From an uncultured virus (IMG/VR IMGVR_UViG_3300030329_002885) (Duplodnaviria > Heunggongvirae > Uroviricota > Caudoviricetes > Crassvirales), in IMG/VR virus record IMGVR_UViG_3300030329_002885: a DNA stretch of 23,645 nt; one strand, 5' to 3'. Below, piece by piece: positions 19,267 through 23,645 of this stretch. The notes under the pieces are model-generated. The model saw only the letters and a program-made list of their open reading frames with translations. It was not told where the DNA came from and made no database searches. The number at the start of each line of letters is the position of its first letter. Positions within the stretch are counted from its first letter, which is position 1. Made by a program: the position numbers and the translations under genes.

Positions 19267-20430
19267 ATTTAATTGAATTTTAATTCCAGTTAGCTCTTCA
19301 TTAATTCTAGATCTTGAGCTATGTACCCATAATGCATTTTTTGGACAGTTATTAGGGTTATATGCTTCACCATCCGTAAGACATATAAAAGCAGAATATT
19401 TGTTTTCATTATAGTGATCTATAACAGCCTGAAAGCATGTACCACCCCTGCCTTTTATATTCCAGTTCTTTTTAGGATTAAACTCTTCTACACTAGTAAG
19501 CTCTGTATCAAACTGCGCAACTGTAATTTGATTGCCAGTTTTATGCATGTGATACAACTCGTTCATAAATTCTACTAGTTCTTCACTGCTAACAGATCCT
19601 GAAGTGTCAACACCTACAAGCACATGATTTCTATGCTTTATCTTAAGTCCCGGATTACCTGAGTATCTTTTGTTATATTTTCTACGTAACTTTTTAGTGT
19701 AGATTTTAGATGCGTTGTTAATAAACCTTTTAAGATAAGCTTTCCAGTTAAATTTAGGAGGCTCTATAGTAAATAATCTTTCAATAATCTCTGCTAGTTC
19801 CCCCGGTATATTACCATGCTTCTTTTGGATCTCTTCTGCAGTAGTTTTCATTTGATGCTGATATTGTTTTTGCACCAATTTCTTTTCAGCTTCAGGAAGA
19901 TCTGTAACCTCATTCCATAATTTATGATCATACTGACTCTCTCCGTCCATCTGATCTAGAATAGATTGTAATGCATCATTGCTGCTATTACCATTTTTAT
20001 CCATAGTTTGTTGTAGTAATTTATAGTACTCATTAGTACCGGCCCTTTTTGGTAATCTAAGATCTTTAAACGTATCCAAGGTTAGCCCGCCAGCTGGCAA
20101 CATGTTACGATCTATATATTGATTGATTTCTATGTCAGCTGCTATGTTAAATAGCTTTTTATTAGGGTATTTATCTGCCATTATAAGATGACCGAAAGCT
20201 ATATGTAATAGCTCGTGTTTTAGCAAGCCTTGTTGATGGGGCTCACTAAGTTCTGCAAAGAAATCCGGATTTATAACAAGCCGCATTCCTATGCCGTGTT
20301 TTCCTACACCTGCAGTAGCTATATTCTTATTGAATTCTTTTTGCATTCCAATAAGAAAGATACCGTAGAAAGGCTCTGTAAATATCAACGTTTTTGATAC
20401 TCTAGAGAGTTGATCTTGTACTGTACGCAT
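19264..20430 (-). CDS. DUF2201-type metallopeptidase + VWA domain protein
   Basis: HELLH zincin motif followed by NIAADIEINQ. C-terminal MIDAS DTSGS, GRGGT and LTDG. Confidence 0.88.
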   Translation of the reverse strand: MRTVQDQLSRVSKTLIFTEPFYGIFLIGMQKEFNKNIATAGVGKHGIGMRLVINPDFFAELSEPHQQGLLKHELLHIAFGHLIMADKYPNKKLFNIAADIEINQYIDRNMLPAGGLTLDTFKDLRLPKRAGTNEYYKLLQQTMDKNGNSSNDALQSILDQMDGESQYDHKLWNEVTDLPEAEKKLVQKQYQHQMKTTAEEIQKKHGNIPGELAEIIERLFTIEPPKFNWKAYLKRFINNASKIYTKKLRRKYNKRYSGNPGLKIKHRNHVLVGVDTSGSVSSEELVEFMNELYHMHKTGNQITVAQFDTELTSVEEFNPKKNWNIKGRGGTCFQAVIDHYNENKYSAFICLTDGEAYNPNNCPKNALWVHSSRSRINEELTGIKIQLN

Positions 20431-20442
20431 GTTTAATTGATT
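20428..20442 (-). repeat. Leader/translation-initiation repeat, copy upstream of the VWA gene
   Basis: Minus strand AATCAATTAAAC-ATG; exact reverse complement of 16989-17003. Confidence 0.7.
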
Positions 20443-21296
20443 TAAAATATATACCTAATTGTATTCCAAGGTATAATTTGGTTATGTAATTCTTTAAATT
20501 GACTAATATACTCAGACTTCATTCCAAGTTTATATCTTATATTTTCTCCACCATACTGTGATTTTTTAACTTCTTGTTTATTTAACACCCATAAATCTAT
20601 TTCTGTTTTAGGGTGTCTTTGTAAATTTATAGTATGCTTTTTAAAGTTATGTGTAAGAAATATACATTCTGATAATACTTTATCTTTATATTTTACATAG
20701 TCATTCATCATAGTAAATAAATCATAGTAGTCTTCAAGCCATCCATCATACACTATAATAGGACTGTAATTGACGTGTACGTCATATCCAGCATCTATAA
20801 ATGTATTAATAGCTTTAATTCTATCTATAATTTTAGATGTGTGGGGTTCATGTAAATCTGACTTATGTTGTGGCATAAGGCTAAATCTTATACGTATTTT
20901 ACCTTGCGGGTTAAATTTTGTAAGAATAGGATTTACATATTTTGTTGCAAAACTGCCCATAGCAATAGGATGATCTCGAAAGAATTCAAATATCTTTTCC
21001 CATTGATGGTGTTTTGCATGCAGAGCAAAGTCTTCGTTACAGCTTATGTCGTATGTTGTATACTCTGCGTGTGTCTGATTAGGTTTATCTACAGGTGTAA
21101 AGTATGCATGGTTATTTATAGCTGTAAGTATATCTCCTGTGTTAGTTGCTACAGTAAGACCTTTATCTTTATGTCTTTTCATGTAGCAATAAGAACAGTT
21201 ATATAAACAACCATAACCAAAACTAGGACTTATAAAATCTGTAGATCTACCTGAAGGTCTAATAAGCATAGACTTTCTAGTGATCTTTTCTATCAT
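20442..21296 (-). CDS. splB: Spore photoproduct lyase family radical SAM protein (SplB-like)
   Basis: CxxxCxxC motif CLYNCSYC (21186-21209). YDISCNED corresponds to the SPL H-donor Cys region. Also FATKY, RIRFSL and GYDVHVNYSPII motifs, and a C-terminal YGG..IRY. Confidence 0.82.
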   Translation of the reverse strand: MIEKITRKSMLIRPSGRSTDFISPSFGYGCLYNCSYCYMKRHKDKGLTVATNTGDILTAINNHAYFTPVDKPNQTHAEYTTYDISCNEDFALHAKHHQWEKIFEFFRDHPIAMGSFATKYVNPILTKFNPQGKIRIRFSLMPQHKSDLHEPHTSKIIDRIKAINTFIDAGYDVHVNYSPIIVYDGWLEDYYDLFTMMNDYVKYKDKVLSECIFLTHNFKKHTINLQRHPKTEIDLWVLNKQEVKKSQYGGENIRYKLGMKSEYISQFKELHNQIIPWNTIRYIF

Positions 21297-21511
21297 AACC
21301 CTTCGTCTCTTCTACCGTCTGCCATCATTTCTTCCCATGCTTCTTTTTGCAAAGCTTCATATTCATAGTCTTCCATTGGCTCACAGTGATCTTTACATTT
21401 TGAACAAATATCTGTATCATCATATACCATTGCCCCACAGCAATCGCTTATCATGTTGTAACCGCATCCATCATCTATAGGGTTACTTAATTTCCATTGA
21501 TCGTAGTTCAT
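21293..21511 (-). CDS. Small acidic Cys-rich (zinc-ribbon-like) protein
   Basis: 72 aa with SDCCGA...ICSKCKDHC. ATGA overlap with the splB-like gene. Preceded by the leader repeat. Confidence 0.75.
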   Translation of the reverse strand: MNYDQWKLSNPIDDGCGYNMISDCCGAMVYDDTDICSKCKDHCEPMEDYEYEALQKEAWEEMMADGRRDEGL

Positions 21512-21532
21512 AATTTTGTGTTTAATTGATTA
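21506..21532 (-). repeat. Leader/translation-initiation repeat, copy upstream of the small Cys-rich gene
   Basis: gttcataattttgtgtttaattgatta, 26/27 identical to 19240-19266. Confidence 0.7.
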
Positions 21533-21534
21533 GT

Positions 21535-21611
21535 AAAAAAGGAAAGGGAGGAATTGTAATTTCCTCAAAGTATAACCGCTGAATTAATATTTAATTAATT
21601 ACTAACCTCCC
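21535..21611 (-). terminator. Putative terminator/attenuator with alternative pairings
   Basis: Minus strand: GAGGAA-attacaa-TTCCTC hairpin (21548-21566) followed by CCTTTCCTTTTTT. An alternative long-range GGGAGG/CCTCCC pairing is possible (21606-21611 with 21546-21551). Confidence 0.45.
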
Positions 21612-21615
21612 TAAC

Positions 21616-22062
21616 CTATAATTGTTTAATAATTTCTATAACTTCATCTACTTGCTTTTTGTTTCTAGGCATAAAAAGCACATAACGATGATCGTTATCT
21701 TTAAGGTGTTTTTTGAATAGTTTCCATCTTAGTGGAAATGATTCATTTGCATATCCTTTTGTTTCTATAATAAATTTACCATTAGGGTCTACAAAATCAG
21801 GTGTATAAGTTATAGGTCTAATTTTACTACCTTTATTGTAAAGCTTTTTAGTAGTCCCCTCATAACAAGCTTGAGGATATACTGTGGCTGGAAATATAGT
21901 AAAAGTATGCTCTTCATAATCTATTAATATTTCAGCTTCTTCTAGTTGTTTGTAACAATATAACTCTAAATTTGATTGAAAGTTTTTACCATCATAACTA
22001 CTTTTTTTAGCATTTTTTACTTTAGTCTTGCCTTTTTTCTTAACTCTTTTCTTCCACACCAT
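21616..22062 (-). CDS. PD-(D/E)XK endonuclease (DUF1064 / T7 endonuclease I-like, possible Holliday junction resolvase)
   Basis: YDGKNFQSNLE, ITYTPDF and IIETKG motifs; basic N-terminus. Confidence 0.8.
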   Translation of the reverse strand: MVWKKRVKKKGKTKVKNAKKSSYDGKNFQSNLELYCYKQLEEAEILIDYEEHTFTIFPATVYPQACYEGTTKKLYNKGSKIRPITYTPDFVDPNGKFIIETKGYANESFPLRWKLFKKHLKDNDHRYVLFMPRNKKQVDEVIEIIKQL

Positions 22063-23209
22063 AATTCATTACATTAGTTTGTAAATACCCCTCTAATCCT
22101 CTATTTTTGTTCCATATATAAGCTTGCCCACATCTAAGAGTACCTACATAACCTTGTGTTTTATGCCAAGTATCATTAGCACAAATACTAGGAATAAATC
22201 TAACTTTAGTACCCATGTATTCATTAAGCATCTCTTTATGTTTATGTCCACAATGTACTTCCCTAACTTTACATCTGCTCCACATGTCAGGTTGCTCTGT
22301 AGCAATTAACAATGGAAGCTCTTGAGGTTTTTCTTTATCACCGTGTGTAAACATAATCATATTAGTGCCATATTCATAATATTTACGTGACTCTAAACTA
22401 TTATCTACAGTTACATTCTTATTATTATGATATAATGCTGCTAATACTTCACCTACATAAAACATACGTTCAAAGTCATGATTACCTTGTACAACTAATA
22501 CATCTACAGGCGCAAATTGTGATAAATAGTCAATTGCTTTTGTAACTAAATGCCAATATCCTCTAAAAGATTGTCTCCATCTCATACTATCTTGTTGAGG
22601 TGTACCTTTAGTTGTAGCTCTACTCATGCCTTCTGAATTAAGTCCGTCATTACCTACAGGTAAAAGAAATCTTTCAATCTCTAAACCGTCCGCTTTTCTA
22701 TGTAAATCTTGAATAGCTTGTAAATAATGTCTTTCTAATGCTTTTGGGCCCTCATCAGTTATCTTACCATAATGTATATCGGGTAACGATATTTCATAAC
22801 AGATAGGATCTTTTGGTTTTTTATATTTAAGTTTTGGTACTTTAGTTGATCTTGTTTTTATATATTTAAGTAATTCTTCTTTAACTTGGGGCTGTTCATG
22901 CCACTGATTATGTGTTACTATACTATACCTTTGTTCTCCATTAAAGTTCTGCCAAAACTTAACAGACTTTACATCTGCCATTGTTAAACCATTATCTAAT
23001 AAATGTTTTTGAAAAGCTTGACTTGCGCTAAGCTCATGACCATTATCATTATTCATTCTTTCTTGTATCCATTCTTCTGATGTTACAAGTTTTTTACAAT
23101 CTCTAATAATAGCTATGTCTACATCCCATTTATCAGCTAACCATTGTGCTCCTTTTTTTAAAAATCCTTTTCGTGTTCTAAATTTTTCAATAATTTCATC
23201 TCGTGTCAT
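22040..23209 (-). CDS. Calcineurin-like metallophosphoesterase with N-terminal extension
   Basis: Five canonical motifs: DIHYG, GND, GNHD, HGD, GHKH. Confidence 0.88.
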   Translation of the reverse strand: MTRDEIIEKFRTRKGFLKKGAQWLADKWDVDIAIIRDCKKLVTSEEWIQERMNNDNGHELSASQAFQKHLLDNGLTMADVKSVKFWQNFNGEQRYSIVTHNQWHEQPQVKEELLKYIKTRSTKVPKLKYKKPKDPICYEISLPDIHYGKITDEGPKALERHYLQAIQDLHRKADGLEIERFLLPVGNDGLNSEGMSRATTKGTPQQDSMRWRQSFRGYWHLVTKAIDYLSQFAPVDVLVVQGNHDFERMFYVGEVLAALYHNNKNVTVDNSLESRKYYEYGTNMIMFTHGDKEKPQELPLLIATEQPDMWSRCKVREVHCGHKHKEMLNEYMGTKVRFIPSICANDTWHKTQGYVGTLRCGQAYIWNKNRGLEGYLQTNVMNYGVEEKS

Positions 23210-23645
23210 TTAATATAATTTTAAGTTCATTAAAACTACCTACCTTATAAACTAAGTCTGAAGGGTCTTTTACTCCAAACTTACTAGGTAAACAGATGTT
23301 TTTAAAACCATATAAGTCACAAATCTTTTTAGCCATTGTCTGACCAGGGTTGTTAACCTTTTCAAAATCATTATCGTATAAAATTTCTATTGTGTTGAAT
23401 CTAGATTTTAGCTCACTTATTAATTTCTCATCAGGCAATTGCATTTCGCTTTGTAAGGCAATTGAATTATAGCCAGCACGGTGCAAGCACATAACATCTT
23501 TTAGAGAGGAAGTAATAAAAAGTCTCTCACCTTTGTTCGGGAGTTGGTTGTAACCTTGGACATCTGTCTTTTTAGTATTACTTAACCACTTATTTTTCAC
23601 TTCGTAAGGAGAATAGATTTTATATCGATTTTTAAATTTAAAGGA
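23196..23645 (-). CDS. DNA primase, C-terminal TOPRIM part (5'-truncated by window end)
   Basis: The frame is open to the window edge (SFKFKNRYKIYSPYEVKNKWLSN...). TOPRIM-like ITSSLKDVM, YDND and KDPSD motifs as in crAss-like primases. Confidence 0.82.
   Translation of the reverse strand, partial: SFKFKNRYKIYSPYEVKNKWLSNTKKTDVQGYNQLPNKGERLFITSSLKDVMCLHRAGYNSIALQSEMQLPDEKLISELKSRFNTIEILYDNDFEKVNNPGQTMAKKICDLYGFKNICLPSKFGVKDPSDLVYKVGSFNELKIILNDTR

Noticed and set aside
16989..21532. CRISPR array or transposon ends explaining the repeats
   Set aside because: Copies are kilobases apart and tied to start codons; there are no regular spacers, cas genes, transposase or recombinase in the window.
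21566..21576. Bacteroidota -7 promoter element (TAnnTTTG) in minus-strand TATACTTTG
   Set aside because: Spacing does not fit the consensus and I saw no convincing -33 element.
14965..21615. tRNA genes in the intergenic spacers
   Set aside because: No cloverleaf or T-loop (GTTCRA) signature in the three spacers; the first is too short.
17972..22309. Short plus-strand ORFs within the minus-strand block (17972-18181, 18356-18664, 18710-18934, 20770-20973, 20865-21206, 21280-21480, 22124-22309)
   Set aside because: They overlap well-supported genes on the opposite strand and have no recognisable motifs or leaders.
1..23645. Stop-codon reassignment (TAG/TGA), known in some crAss-like phages
   Set aside because: Genes are full length and densely packed under code 11. 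TAG (21616) and TGA (15016, 21293) act as plausible stops, and TAG read-through at 21616 would add only 7 residues.

Overview
AT-rich window from a crAss-like (Crassvirales, phi14:2-type) bacteriophage genome, most likely infecting a Bacteroidota/Flavobacteriia host. The + strand (1-14964) carries three giant virion cargo proteins: a 5'-truncated acidic coiled-coil protein, a 2134-aa virion RNA polymerase (GADFDIDK catalytic motif) and a 1488-aa protein with a zincin HExxH motif. These converge at a bidirectional terminator (~14963-14991) with a minus-strand replication/accessory block. In transcription order it encodes primase (truncated), metallophosphoesterase, PD-(D/E)XK endonuclease, a small Cys-rich protein, spore-photoproduct-lyase-like radical SAM, DUF2201/VWA metallopeptidase, MoxR-like AAA+ ATPase, a hypothetical, 5'-3' exonuclease, a second hypothetical and a DUF1599-like protein. 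Two observations stand out. (1) By manual scan, the ~4,980 visible residues of the three giant proteins contain only four cysteines, all in 'CK' motifs at the termini facing each other across the gene junctions, suggesting a head-to-tail disulfide-linked ejection chain. (2) An AATCAATTAAACA leader motif precedes three minus-strand genes, and an inverted copy lies in a structured intergenic region downstream in the same gene block, suggesting a built-in antisense regulator. Family assignments come from motif recognition only; no searches were run.
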